A DNA stretch of 64,000 nucleotides, taken from NCBI GenBank assembly GCA_963798915.1, contig CAWCVB010000005.1:249291-313290 (forward strand), in the 5' to 3' direction. Positions 1-10,097 of the stretch are shown here, piece after piece (the stretch's first letter is position 1; every line of letters begins with the position of its first letter). The DNA is from an uncultured Gemmatimonadales bacterium (GTDB taxonomy: Bacteria > Gemmatimonadota > Gemmatimonadetes > Gemmatimonadales > GWC2-71-9). The notes beneath the pieces were generated by a model that did not search any database, had not been told where the DNA came from, and saw only the letters and a program-made list of their open reading frames with translations. The translations under genes and the position numbers were made by a program.

Positions 1-849
1 GTCCTCGCCGCGGGACGCGGCAGCGCCGCCTACCTCGCGTGTTTCCGGCTTCGCCCGGCGGTCCGTTTTGGCGACCATGCGGTGATAGATGGCGATACAC
101 TGGCCATCAACGCTGTGCTCGAAGCAGGTCGCCAGGACTCGACGGCGGTCGGCGAGAGAGCGGCGTCCTCCTGCGCCGTCGGGGCCTACCGGACCGATAC
201 GCTCCTGCGCTCGACGACCATGGAGCCGGTTGCCGTTCGGATCACGACCGACTCGGGCGGCGCGGCCCTGCTGGTGGCCGATGGCGGCCTGTTTGCCAAC
301 CGGGCGCTCAAGGAATCGACCGCTGGCGAGTTCACGCTCGGCCTGGTCTACGGCTCCTACGGCCACGTGCTGGTTGACGAGTACCACCAGGGGTTCGGCC
401 CCGGTGGGGGCATCCTCCCTGCGGCGCGTCGCTGGCTTTTCTCGGCGCCTGCGGGCTGGGCCATCATCCAGCTGGGACTCGTCGGACTGCTGGTCCTGCT
501 GACCAGTGCGGTTCGGTTCGGCCCGGCGCGCCAGGTCATCGTTCGACGCCGGCGGTCGGCGCTCGAGCACGTGCGCGCGCTGGCTACGGCGCTGGCCGCG
601 GCCGGCGGGCATGATGTGGCCGTTTCGCTGGTGGTGCGTGGGTTGCGCCGCCGGCTGACCAGGGCAGGCGACCCGATGCGTGCGAGCATAACCGAATGGC
701 TGGCCGCATTGCCGGCGCGAACCCACTCTCCCGCCGGGCGCGCCGCCGCCGAGCGCCTGTTGACTCTTACCAGCGGTCCCGCGGACGTGAAGAGCGTCCG
801 TCAGGCCGCGATTGCCGTGGAGGATGTGTGGCAGGATCTGACTCCCTGA
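1..849 (+). CDS. DUF4350-type membrane protein, 5'-truncated by window edge
   Basis: Frame open from base 1 to TGA 849; DEYHQG motif, TM helix, RFGP, 'RRSALEHVRALA' tail; sits upstream of MoxR. Confidence 0.7.
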   Translation, partial: VLAAGRGSAAYLACFRLRPAVRFGDHAVIDGDTLAINAVLEAGRQDSTAVGERAASSCAVGAYRTDTLLRSTTMEPVAVRITTDSGGAALLVADGGLFANRALKESTAGEFTLGLVYGSYGHVLVDEYHQGFGPGGGILPAARRWLFSAPAGWAIIQLGLVGLLVLLTSAVRFGPARQVIVRRRRSALEHVRALATALAAAGGHDVAVSLVVRGLRRRLTRAGDPMRASITEWLAALPARTHSPAGRAAAERLLTLTSGPADVKSVRQAAIAVEDVWQDLTP

Positions 850-1811
850 CGCCCGATGCGGTCGTTGCCGCCCATGCAGAGACGGGCGCGCGGCTGCTCG
901 CGTCGGTTGGCAGCGTGGTGCTGGGACAGGACCGCGCCATTCGCGATGCGCTGGGCGCACTGATCGCGCGGGGCCACGTCCTGCTCGAGGGCGTTCCCGG
1001 CACGGCAAAGACGTTGCTCGTGCGGGCGCTGTCCGAGAGTCTCAGTCTCGGCTTTCGCCGCATTCAGTTTACGCCCGACCTCATGCCGTCCGACATCACC
1101 GGCGTGAGTGTGCTGGGCGCCGACGGCCAGTTCACCTTCCGCCCCGGTCCACTCTTCGGTGACCTTATCCTGGGAGATGAAATCAACCGGGCGCCGGCCA
1201 AGACCCAGGCCGCACTGCTGGAGGCCATGCAGGAGCGGCGGGTCACGGTGGACGGCATCTCGCATGAGCTGAGCCGCGAGTTCACGGTGTTTGCCACCCA
1301 GAACCCGGTCGAGTTCGAAGGCACCTACCCCTTGCCGGAGGCGGAGCTCGATCGGTTTCTGGTCAAGGTCGAGCTCGGGTATCCAACGGCCACGGTCGAG
1401 CAGGACATCCTGCATCGAGTGCTCGGCGGCTTCGAGGCCGACCGACCGTCCAGCTACGGTGTGGTTCCGGTGCTTGATCGCGCGGGCCTGGCGCAACTGC
1501 ACGCCGCCTGCGCCCGCGTGCGGGTGGAGGCGTCGCTGGTCGCCTACATTACGGAACTGGTCCGCGCCACGCGCGACGTCCCGTCGCTCACGCTCGGCGC
1601 CTCGCCGCGCGCCAGTGTCGCCCTCCTCCGAATGGCCCAGGCATCCGCGCTGCTCGATGGACGCCCCTATGCCACGCCGGACGACGTCAAGGCGGCGGCA
1701 CCGGCGGTGCTGCGCCATCGGGTGGTGGTGGCGCCGGAGCTGGAGCTGGAAGGCGTCCATCCCGATGCGGCGCTCGCATCTGTGATCGAGCGGGTGGAAG
1801 CGCCGAGGTAG
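828..1811 (+). CDS. MoxR family AAA+ ATPase
   Basis: GHVLLEGVPGTAKT (Walker A), RIQFTPDLMPSD, DEINRAPAKTQAALLEAMQE, ATQNPVE-EGTYPLPEA-LDRF; GTG 828 preceded by GGAGG. Confidence 0.95.
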   Translation: MAGSDSLTPDAVVAAHAETGARLLASVGSVVLGQDRAIRDALGALIARGHVLLEGVPGTAKTLLVRALSESLSLGFRRIQFTPDLMPSDITGVSVLGADGQFTFRPGPLFGDLILGDEINRAPAKTQAALLEAMQERRVTVDGISHELSREFTVFATQNPVEFEGTYPLPEAELDRFLVKVELGYPTATVEQDILHRVLGGFEADRPSSYGVVPVLDRAGLAQLHAACARVRVEASLVAYITELVRATRDVPSLTLGASPRASVALLRMAQASALLDGRPYATPDDVKAAAPAVLRHRVVVAPELELEGVHPDAALASVIERVEAPR

Positions 1812-1847
1812 GTCGACAGTCGCCGGCCCTCGTTATGACCGGTGATC

Positions 1848-1903
1848 CACGACCCTCGACTCTTGACCCGCGACTTACGACTTAGGATTTACGACTTCCG
1901 ACC
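1848..1903. repeat. Degenerate heptamer tandem repeat, 8 units (consensus ~yaCGACy)
   Basis: cacgacc-ctcgact-cttgacc-cgcgact-tacgact-taggatt-tacgact-tccgacc in the moxR-peptidase intergenic region. Confidence 0.75.
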
Positions 1904-1917
1904 CCGAAGGAGCGACG

Positions 1918-3849
1918 ATGCGTCCCGTAGCGGCACTATCCATTCTCTCGCTGATCGCGCTTCCGCTCGTGGCGCAGACGCCCGAGCGTTCGATCCGGCG
2001 TACGATTCCGATCACGCGCAGTTTCCAGCACGCGCTGGCCGCCGGATCGCGGGATTCATCCGGCTCGCCCGCGGCGCATTACTGGCAGTTGAAGACCGAT
2101 TACGTCATCAGTGCCAAGCTGGACCCGGCTACCTCGACGGTTTCGGGGACCGAGCGCATCACCCTGACGAATGCCTCTCCGGACACCCTCAAGTCGGTGG
2201 CGCTGCGGCTCTACCAGAACCTGTTTGCGCCCAATGTGGCGCGATCCTCGCCCGTGGCGGCGTTGACCGACGGCATGACGCTCACGTCGCTGACGGCCAA
2301 TGGCACGGCGATCGAGATTGGCGATCGCTGGCAGAACGAGACGGTCGTTCAGTTCAAGCTTGCGCAGCCGATTCTGCCCGGCGCCACCGGCACGCTCGAC
2401 GCCGCCTGGTCGTTCCAGGTGCCCAAGGTGCCCGAGGGCGTGCGCGGTGACCGCATGGGAAGCTGGGGCACCCGGCTCTTCCAGGTGGCGCAATGGTACC
2501 CCCAGGTGGCCATGTACGACGACCTGCGAGGATGGGACCTGGATCCCTATCTCGGCGACGCCGAGTTCTACAACAATTTCGGGTCGTTCGACGTGAAGCT
2601 CGACGTGCCAGCCGGCTGGCTCATCGGCGCCACCGGAGTCCTGCGAAACGCGAGTGAAGTGCTGACCCCCGCCACGCAGCAGCGGCTGGCCCGCGCCACG
2701 GCGAGCGACAGCCAGATGGTGGTTGTGGCGGCGGCGGACCGCGGGGCAGGCAAGGCGACGGCCGCCGGCGACCGCCTGGTCTGGCATTTCACAGCCGACA
2801 GCGTCGCCGACTTTGCATGGGCCACCTCGGCCGAATTCGTCTGGGACGCCATGCGGGCGGTGATCCCGGGAAAGGGGCCAATCCCCATCAGCCTGCTGTA
2901 CCTGCCTGAGCACGACCGCTATCAGCGTACTGGGGCCTTCGCTCGCCACGCGCTCGAGTATTACTCGTCCCTCTGGATGCCCTACGCCTTCCCGACCTTT
3001 ACGCAGGTGGACGGACCCGAGGGCGGCATGGAGTACCCGGCGCTGACGTTCTCCGGTGCCGGCTTTGGCGTGACAGACCACGAGATCGGTCATCAGTGGT
3101 GGCCCATGATGGTTGGCGTGAACGAAACGTGGTATGGCTGGATGGATGAGGGTTTCAACCAGTATATGAACCAGCTCTCCGGCGCGGCGTTCCGCGATAC
3201 GGTTCCCCGCCTCGACGGAGCTGGCCGCGCGTACGGCCGGATTGCCGGGGACGAATCCGAACCGCCGATGATGTGGGACGCGAACTATGACGGCCCGCGC
3301 TATTCGTTCGTGACCTACGGCAAGGCGCCCCTCATGCTGTCCATGCTGGGCGGCATCGTCGGCGATTCGGCGGTGCAGCGGGCCATGAGTGGCTATGCCA
3401 AGGCCTGGCGATTCAAGCATCCGTCGCCCTGGGACTACATGTTCTATCTGGACCAGGCCCTCGATCGCGACCTCGGCTGGTTCTGGTACTACTGGCTCTT
3501 CAGCACGGCCACCGTTGACAACGCGATTTCCAACGTGAAGGCCTCGGGCCGGCAGCTCACGGTGACCGTCCAGCAGAGTGGCGACATGCCATCGCCGGTG
3601 GTGCTCGAGTTCGTCTTCAAGGGGGCCGCGCCGTCGGTGGCCGGCGTCAAGGGCGCCCGGGCCTCCGGCAACACCGTCAGGGTGACGTACCCGGCGGATG
3701 TCTGGTTCAACGGCAGCAGGACCTTTGATGCGGTACTGCCATTCGATCAGACCAGGATCGAAACGATTACCGTGGATCCTGACGGGCGCTTTCCCGATGC
3801 CAGCACGAGCGACAACGTCTGGCCACGTGTGGCCTCTCCGGGCGGCTGA
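1918..3849 (+). CDS. Secreted M1 family zinc metallopeptidase
   Basis: Signal peptide; GGMEYP motif; HEIGHQWW...WMDEG (HEXXH plus downstream E); TYGKAP; AAGGAG RBS. Confidence 0.92.
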   Translation: MRPVAALSILSLIALPLVAQTPERSIRRTIPITRSFQHALAAGSRDSSGSPAAHYWQLKTDYVISAKLDPATSTVSGTERITLTNASPDTLKSVALRLYQNLFAPNVARSSPVAALTDGMTLTSLTANGTAIEIGDRWQNETVVQFKLAQPILPGATGTLDAAWSFQVPKVPEGVRGDRMGSWGTRLFQVAQWYPQVAMYDDLRGWDLDPYLGDAEFYNNFGSFDVKLDVPAGWLIGATGVLRNASEVLTPATQQRLARATASDSQMVVVAAADRGAGKATAAGDRLVWHFTADSVADFAWATSAEFVWDAMRAVIPGKGPIPISLLYLPEHDRYQRTGAFARHALEYYSSLWMPYAFPTFTQVDGPEGGMEYPALTFSGAGFGVTDHEIGHQWWPMMVGVNETWYGWMDEGFNQYMNQLSGAAFRDTVPRLDGAGRAYGRIAGDESEPPMMWDANYDGPRYSFVTYGKAPLMLSMLGGIVGDSAVQRAMSGYAKAWRFKHPSPWDYMFYLDQALDRDLGWFWYYWLFSTATVDNAISNVKASGRQLTVTVQQSGDMPSPVVLEFVFKGAAPSVAGVKGARASGNTVRVTYPADVWFNGSRTFDAVLPFDQTRIETITVDPDGRFPDASTSDNVWPRVASPGG

Positions 3850-3857
3850 CCCGGCAC

Positions 3858-5168
3858 ATGATCCTTCCGTCCCGCCGCTGGCTGACAGGCGCCGCCGCCC
3901 TCGCGCTTGTGGGACTCGCCGGGTATGCCTGGCCACCCGCGCTGGGCGCGCTGCTAGCGCTCGATATCGTCTGGCTGCTCCTGCTTGTCTGGGACGGTTG
4001 GCGTGCCGGCAATCGTCCACTCACGGTCGAACGCGACGCGCCGCCGGCCTTTTCGGTGGGGAGGACTCTGCCAGTCTGGTATCGGTGGTCATCTCCGCTG
4101 CGCTACCCGCAAGTGCTTCAGGTACGCGAGCAGATGCCCGCGCCGCTCGGCGGAGCCGACTTGCCCATGCGCGAGATTCGGCTCATGCCGGGCGAGACGA
4201 AGGAACGCGTGGACATCCTGCCGAGGGCGCGTGGCCACGGCGTCGGCGGCGTCCTGTCACTCAGGCGGCGCGGCCCCCTCGGCCTGGGCTGGCGCCAGGA
4301 ACGGAAACAGTTGTCCTGGGAGGCGACGGTCTTTCCGGCGCTGTCGGGTGTGGTGTCGCGCGGCCTGCCGGCGCAGGCCATCCGGCGCCGGGAGGCCGGG
4401 CTTCGCAGTGTGCGGCGACCAGGCGAGGGCCGCATGTTCGAGGGCCTGCGCGAATGGGTGCCGGGCGACGACACCAGGATCATTGACTGGAAGGCGACCG
4501 CGCGCCGGCGCAAGCCTATCGCCCGAGTGTATGAGGATGAGCGTCGCCAGCGCGTCCTCCTCATGCTTGATGCCGGGCGCCTGCTGGCTGCCGAGTCGGA
4601 CGGGGTCTCCCGGCTGGAGCAGGCGGTGCAGGCGGCGCTTCGCCTGGGCTTTGCGGCGGTGGACCATGATGACGACATCGGCCTGCTGGTATTCGCCGAT
4701 ACGGTGCAGGCGTATGTTGCGCCGGCTCGGGGCCGCCGTGCCTTGCGTGCGGTGCTCGACGCACTCGCATCAGCCAAGGGACGGCTGGTAGAGAGCAATT
4801 ACCCGCTCGCGTTCCGCTACCTGGCGGCGCGCAACCGGAAGCGGGCGCTCACCGTGCTGTTCACGGACGTGATCGACCGGACGGCGAGCCGGACGCTCGT
4901 GGCGCAGGCCGGGACGCTCCGCCCGCGCCACCTGCCGGTAGCGGTCATGCTCAGGGACCCGGCGCTTGAACGCCTGGCATCCTGCCGGCCCGTATCCGAC
5001 GCCCAGGCCTATGAACGTGCAGCGGCGGAGGAACTGCTGCTCGCGCGGGAACGGGCACTTGAGTCAATTCGAAGCGAAGGCGTCGTGGTCCTGGATGTTC
5101 CGCCCGAATCGGCGGGCGAGGCGGTAGTGCAGCGGTATCACGCCTTGAAGCGGCGGGGTGCATTGTAG
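3858..5168 (+). CDS. DUF58 domain (vWA-like) protein, MoxR partner
   Basis: FEGLREWVPGDDTRIIDWKATAR, YEDER, LFTD motifs; two N-terminal TM segments. Confidence 0.92.
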   Translation: MILPSRRWLTGAAALALVGLAGYAWPPALGALLALDIVWLLLLVWDGWRAGNRPLTVERDAPPAFSVGRTLPVWYRWSSPLRYPQVLQVREQMPAPLGGADLPMREIRLMPGETKERVDILPRARGHGVGGVLSLRRRGPLGLGWRQERKQLSWEATVFPALSGVVSRGLPAQAIRRREAGLRSVRRPGEGRMFEGLREWVPGDDTRIIDWKATARRRKPIARVYEDERRQRVLLMLDAGRLLAAESDGVSRLEQAVQAALRLGFAAVDHDDDIGLLVFADTVQAYVAPARGRRALRAVLDALASAKGRLVESNYPLAFRYLAARNRKRALTVLFTDVIDRTASRTLVAQAGTLRPRHLPVAVMLRDPALERLASCRPVSDAQAYERAAAEELLLARERALESIRSEGVVVLDVPPESAGEAVVQRYHALKRRGAL

Positions 5169-5172
5169 GGGG

Positions 5173-5212
5173 TGCGCTGTAGAGGTGGCCCGCGGGACGC
5201 CCCTACAGCGCA
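5173..5212. repeat. GTAG-type REP-like palindrome, probable bidirectional terminator
   Basis: tgcgctgtag...ctacagcgca arms; minus strand reads GTAGGGGCGTCCCGCGGGCCACCTCTAC; lies between convergent genes. Confidence 0.7.
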
Positions 5213-6258
5213 GGCACCAGTGGCGCCACCTCGGTGTAAACGGAGTCGAAGGCGAGCACCACCCTGGCATCGAGCTGCGAGCCCGACACCCGGCGCAGCT
5301 CGGCCAGGGCGTCGTCCGCGTCATAGGGAGCGCGGTAGGGACGCTGGGTCGTCATGGCATCGAAACTGTCGGCTACGGCAATGATGCGGGCCTCGATCGG
5401 TATGGCGTCGCCGCCCAGCCCGTCCGGAAAGCCCGCGCCGTCAACCCGTTCATGATGCGAGCGCACGCATCGGAGGACGGCGGGCGACTCGTGCGCAAGC
5501 GGCGCCAGCATCTGCTCGCCCAGCGCCGGATGCTCACGGATCTGACCCACCTCGTCTGGAGTCAGCGTGCCTGGCTTGAGCAGGAGCGACTCGCGCGTGC
5601 CAATCTTGCCGATATCATGGAGCTCACCACCAAGGCGAATGTGCTGCAGGTCGGCCCCATCGAAGCCCAGTTTGCGCGCGGTGGCCACAGCGTAACGGCT
5701 GACGCGAATCGAATGGCCGCGGGTGTAAGCATCCTTGGCTTCCAGGGCGCGGGCGAGCATCTGGACGCCCTGCAGGAAAATTTCCTGGATCCGATGGGAC
5801 TGGGTGTGGATGCGCTGCTCGAGGTATTCCTGGTAGTAGCGGTTCTGCAGGAACAGGGCGCGCTTTTCCAGGGCGCGCACGACCCGCGCCCGCAGTTCCC
5901 GGATCGATACCGGTTTGAGCAGGAAGTCGGCCGCGCCATAATGGAGACACTCGACGGCGGTGGCGCTGTCCGTGGCGCGGCTCAGGAGAATGACGGCGGT
6001 ATCAGGAGCGCAGCCGCGAACCTGGGTGAGGAGCTCGAACCCGTCCAGGTCCGGCATCCGGATATCGGCGATTACGAGCGGAAGCTCGGCATCGCGCTCG
6101 ATGCAGTCGAGTGCGTCCCGGCCGGTGGCGGCCTCCTGGCACGTGAAACCTTGTGCCGTCAGGAGGCACACCAGTGCCTGGCGTACCTCTGGATCGGGAT
6201 CTGCCACGAGGCAGCGCGCCGAACCGTCCGGGAGCGGTCCGGAAAACGATATGCTCAT
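5203..6258 (-). CDS. Response regulator with HD-GYP phosphodiesterase domain
   Basis: REC (IADIRMP, KP); KDAYTRGHSIRV, LHDIGK, HHERVDGAGFPDGL, AVADSFDAMT-RPY; start could be 6297. Confidence 0.92.
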   Translation of the reverse strand: MSISFSGPLPDGSARCLVADPDPEVRQALVCLLTAQGFTCQEAATGRDALDCIERDAELPLVIADIRMPDLDGFELLTQVRGCAPDTAVILLSRATDSATAVECLHYGAADFLLKPVSIRELRARVVRALEKRALFLQNRYYQEYLEQRIHTQSHRIQEIFLQGVQMLARALEAKDAYTRGHSIRVSRYAVATARKLGFDGADLQHIRLGGELHDIGKIGTRESLLLKPGTLTPDEVGQIREHPALGEQMLAPLAHESPAVLRCVRSHHERVDGAGFPDGLGGDAIPIEARIIAVADSFDAMTTQRPYRAPYDADDALAELRRVSGSQLDARVVLAFDSVYTEVAPLVPAL

Positions 6259-6377
6259 CTGGATTTCCCTGGCAAACGGAACCCACGAGGGCCGCAAGCC
6301 ATGTTAGGAACACGTACTCTAGAGGGTTCCCAGCCGATTGTAAACACTCGCTGCCTCAGGTCGGGGCCATTTCGCGC

Positions 6378-8980
6378 GTGACTCCACTCGTTTTTCACCT
6401 GCTGCCGCACACCCATTGGGACCGCGAGTGGTACGAGACCCGCGCCGGTTTCCTGGCGCGGCTCGTGCCCATGTTGGACCAGGCACTGGATCAGCTTGCC
6501 ATCGCCCCCGCCGTGACCTTTCTGCTGGACGGCCAGACCGTACTCCTGCGCGACTACCTGGCAGTCCGGCCAGGAGCCGGACCGAGCGTCGCCCGGATGG
6601 CCGAGCGCGGCCAGCTGCAGGTTGGTCCATGGTACATCCTCGCCGACGAGCTCATCCCCTCGGGAGAGTCGCTGGTCAGGAACCTGCTCCTTGGCCGGAG
6701 CGACGCAGCGGAGCTCGGCGGCGCGCTCGCGACACTCTACTCGCCGGATGCCTTCGGGCATCCCGGCACGCTGCCCATGCTGGCGCGCGAGTTTGGCCTT
6801 GGCGGTCTGGTGCTCTGGCGGGGCCGCGCCGGGCAGCACGATCTGTTCCGCTGGCAGGCTCCAGACGGGACCACGCTGCCAGTGTATCACCTTCCGCCCG
6901 AGGGCTATGAAGTGGCAGCCGGGCTGCCGGCCGATCCCGCTCGGCTCCGGGTGGTGTGGCCCGCGCTGCGGGCTCGGCTGGTCGCATCGAGCTACCTCGC
7001 GGCACGTCGCGCTCTTCATGGGTGCCGATCATCACGGCCTGCGCAACGACATCGAGGCCGTTGCCAGCTCGCTTCGGGTCTTGGAGCCCGCCGCAGAGGT
7101 GCGAATCTCCCGCCTGGATGACTTCTTGACGGTGGCGGCGGCCGAGGCTGAGATCAACGGAATCGCCGTGGAGAGCGGCGAGCTCCGGGCGGGATACGGC
7201 CACACCTGGTCGCTGCAGGGGGTGCATGGAACCCGTCTGCCACTGAAGCGGCTCAACAGTGCGACGGAATTGCTGCTGGAGCGGCTCGCCGAGCCGCTGG
7301 CATCGCTCGCGGCCATGGTCGCCGGCCGGCGCCGGGCGGGATCGGCCGCGCAACTGGCTGCTGCCTGGCGTTCGGTGCTGGAGTCACAGTTCCATGACAC
7401 CATCTGCGGGACCGTGAATGACGCCACGGCGAATGAAGCCGCAATGAGACTGGCGAATGCAGGCACACTGGGCCGCGCAGTACTGCGCACTAGCCTCGAG
7501 ACGCTCGGCGCTATTTCCGATGTCGCGGTCGCGATCCAACCTGACGCCGGCACCTTGGTCAGCTGGAACCCGCGGGTAACTGGTATCGGCGGTATCGGCA
7601 TCGTCGATATCACCCGCTTCCGAACCGACTTGCTGGTTGGTCCGCCCGACGGGCGGACCCCGCGGAAGGTGGAGCGGCACAGTGCCTTCTCGCTGCAGCT
7701 GCGGGATGGCACTCCGCTGGAAATGCAGGTGCTCGGCAGGCGGCTGGCGATCGAACGGATCGATTCCGCTGCACGGTATCCCGATGCCGACGTGGTTGAT
7801 CTGGTGCGCGTGGCCGTGGCCATGCCGCCGCAGCCCGGCCTCAGTCTCACGCAGGGCGGCATTCACTCGGCGGCGAGCCGCTCCAATCCGCGGTATCCCG
7901 TCACGGGCCGTGGACTGACGCTCGAGAATCACTGTCTCCGGGTTGCGGCCAATGAAGACGGCTCGCTCGATCTTTCCAGTCGGAACGGCGGCACGTTGTC
8001 CTCCAGCTTGAGCTGGGAGATCCAGGCAGACGCCGGGGATTGCTACACGGTGGGCCTGCGGGGTTCAGTCCGGCGCATCCACTGGCCCATGCAGTGGCGC
8101 CTCCTGGCCAGCGGCCCGCTGGTCGCCGCGCTGGAGGGGCGCGCCGAGGCGGATGAGCTCACGGTGCGGCTGCTGGTGGAGCTGCGGCGCGATGAGCCAT
8201 TCGTCCGCTGGCGCGGCGACCTCTGGAACGACGGGTGCGACCGCCGGCTCCGGCTCCAGGTTCCGGTCGGAGGCGCGCGCCAGGCGGTGGCCGGGTCGAC
8301 GTTTGGATTTGAGCGCCGTCCCGTTCCGATGGCTTCGCCAACTTGGCCCGGCGAGCAGTTCGTTTCGACCGCGCCAGCGCACCGTTTCGTGGCGGCTGCC
8401 GGTGGAATGGGAGGTGCAGCGCTCCTGGTGCCCGGATTCATGGAATACGAACTGAGTGACGACGGCAGCCTCCGGTTTACGGTGTTGCGCTCGGTGGGCG
8501 AACTTTCACGGGACGACCTGCCGGAGCGACCGGGCCATGCTGCCTGGCCCACCTCAGTGCCCGGCGCCCAGTGTCCCGCGGCGTCCTCCTGTCACCTGGC
8601 ACTCCTGCCATGCACCAGGGCGGAGGCCGAGGATCCCGTGCATCTGTTTGACGCGTGGGAGGCCGCCTTCCTGGGTCCGCAGTTGCGCTGGTTCCGGGGC
8701 CGCCAGGGATCCCCGTCGGCCGACGCTTCCATCGAGCTTGAGGGAGCAGGCCTGGTGGTCAGCGCCGTCAAGCCGGCCCAGGATGGTGATGGCGTCCATC
8801 TTGCGCGCCCTGAATCTCACCGATACAGCGGTGGAGGGATGCTGGCGCATACGTCCCGCCCCATCGCAGGCATGGCTGGTCCGGGCGGACGAGTCGCCGG
8901 TCGGTCCGCTCGCGATCGCCGGTGAGACGGTGCGCTTCCGGGCCGCCGCTCGTTCGCTCGTTTCCATCAGGTCGCAATGA
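6378..8980 (+). CDS. GH38 alpha-mannosidase-like glycosidase with two frameshifts (~6987, ~8797)
   Basis: HTHWDREWY and YSPDAFGH in the first frame; MGADHH, QFHDTICG, LRSVG in the second; ILRALN...RAD tail in the third; TGA overlaps next ATG. Confidence 0.88.
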
Positions 8981-10074
8981 CACTACCAGCGGCAAGGCTT
9001 CGGTCCCTCGACGTGTTCCGGGGTCTGGCCATCGCCGGCATGATCCTGGTCAATAATCCGGGGAGCTGGAGCTACGTCTATCCACCGTTGGACCATGCGC
9101 CCTGGAATGGCTGGACGCCCACCGATCTGGTCTTTCCATTCTTTCTTTTTGCCGTCGGCGTGGCCATGACCTACTCGTTCCGTCGCCGGGCAGGCGAGGG
9201 TGCCACTCGAGCGGCACTCTTCCGGCGAATCGTCTGGCGTTCGCTGCTTCTGTTCGTGATCGGCCTGCTGCTCAACCTGATCCCGGGTTTCGATTTGCAT
9301 ACGCTGCGGATAATGGGAGTGCTGCAGCGCATTGCCGTTGTCTATTTCATCAGCGCAACACTGTTCCTGGTGTGCTCGCGCCGGGTCCTGGCGCTTGTTG
9401 GCGGTGCCCTGCTGATCGGCTATTGGCTGGCCATGACGCTGGTCCCGGTTCCCGGGTTCGGTGCCGGGGTGTTAGAGCCGGTGGGCAACCTGGCCCAGTT
9501 CATCGACAGTCACATTCTCGCCGGTCACATGTGGAAGCCAGAGTGGGATCCGGAAGGCCTGCTGAGCACGCTGCCCGCTGTAGTCACGAGCTTGCTGGGT
9601 GTCTACACCGGCCTCACCCTCCAGCGGGCCGAACTTCCGGCCGAGCGCACCAGCCGGGTGGCTGTGGCAGGATTCGTCGCGCTGTTGGCTGGCTGGATCT
9701 GGAACAGCTGGTTTCCCATCAACAAGAACCTCTGGACCAGCTCATACGTGCTGTTCACAGGCGGACTGGCCATGCTGACGCTGGCCACACTTTACTGGTG
9801 GATCGACGTGCGGCAGTACCGCCGCTGGAGCACGCCGCTCCGCGTGTATGGCGTGAACGCGCTGCTGGCCTTCGTGCTCTCGGGCCTGGTCGCCCGGTTG
9901 TTGAACGTATGGAACATTGATCACGAGCCTGCCCGAGGCTGGATGTATCGGCACCTCTTTGCCCAGTGGGCGGGCTCGATGAACGGTTCACTGTTCTTCG
10001 CGATGGCCTACGTGGTCTTCTGGTATGCCGTCCTGCTGGTGCTCGACAAGCGGGGATGGAACGTCCGATTGTGA
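8977..10074 (+). CDS. Heparan-alpha-glucosaminide N-acetyltransferase-like / NagX-like membrane protein
   Basis: RLRSLDVFRG, MILVN, HAPWNGWTPTDLVFPFFLF, GVLQRI, DPEGLLST, PINKNLWTSSY. Confidence 0.9.
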   Translation: MTLPAARLRSLDVFRGLAIAGMILVNNPGSWSYVYPPLDHAPWNGWTPTDLVFPFFLFAVGVAMTYSFRRRAGEGATRAALFRRIVWRSLLLFVIGLLLNLIPGFDLHTLRIMGVLQRIAVVYFISATLFLVCSRRVLALVGGALLIGYWLAMTLVPVPGFGAGVLEPVGNLAQFIDSHILAGHMWKPEWDPEGLLSTLPAVVTSLLGVYTGLTLQRAELPAERTSRVAVAGFVALLAGWIWNSWFPINKNLWTSSYVLFTGGLAMLTLATLYWWIDVRQYRRWSTPLRVYGVNALLAFVLSGLVARLLNVWNIDHEPARGWMYRHLFAQWAGSMNGSLFFAMAYVVFWYAVLLVLDKRGWNVRL

Positions 10075-10092
10075 CCAGCCTCGCCAGGCTGG
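10075..10092. terminator. Short hairpin between convergent genes
   Basis: ccagcct-cgcc-aggctgg; no U-tract. Confidence 0.35.
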
Positions 10093-10097
10093 CGGCG

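Noticed and set aside
2056..4020. Long antisense ORFs (also 5158-6381, 29386-31734, 39792-41468, 60060-61601)
   Set aside because: Shadows of well-supported opposite-strand genes in high-GC DNA; no recognisable motifs
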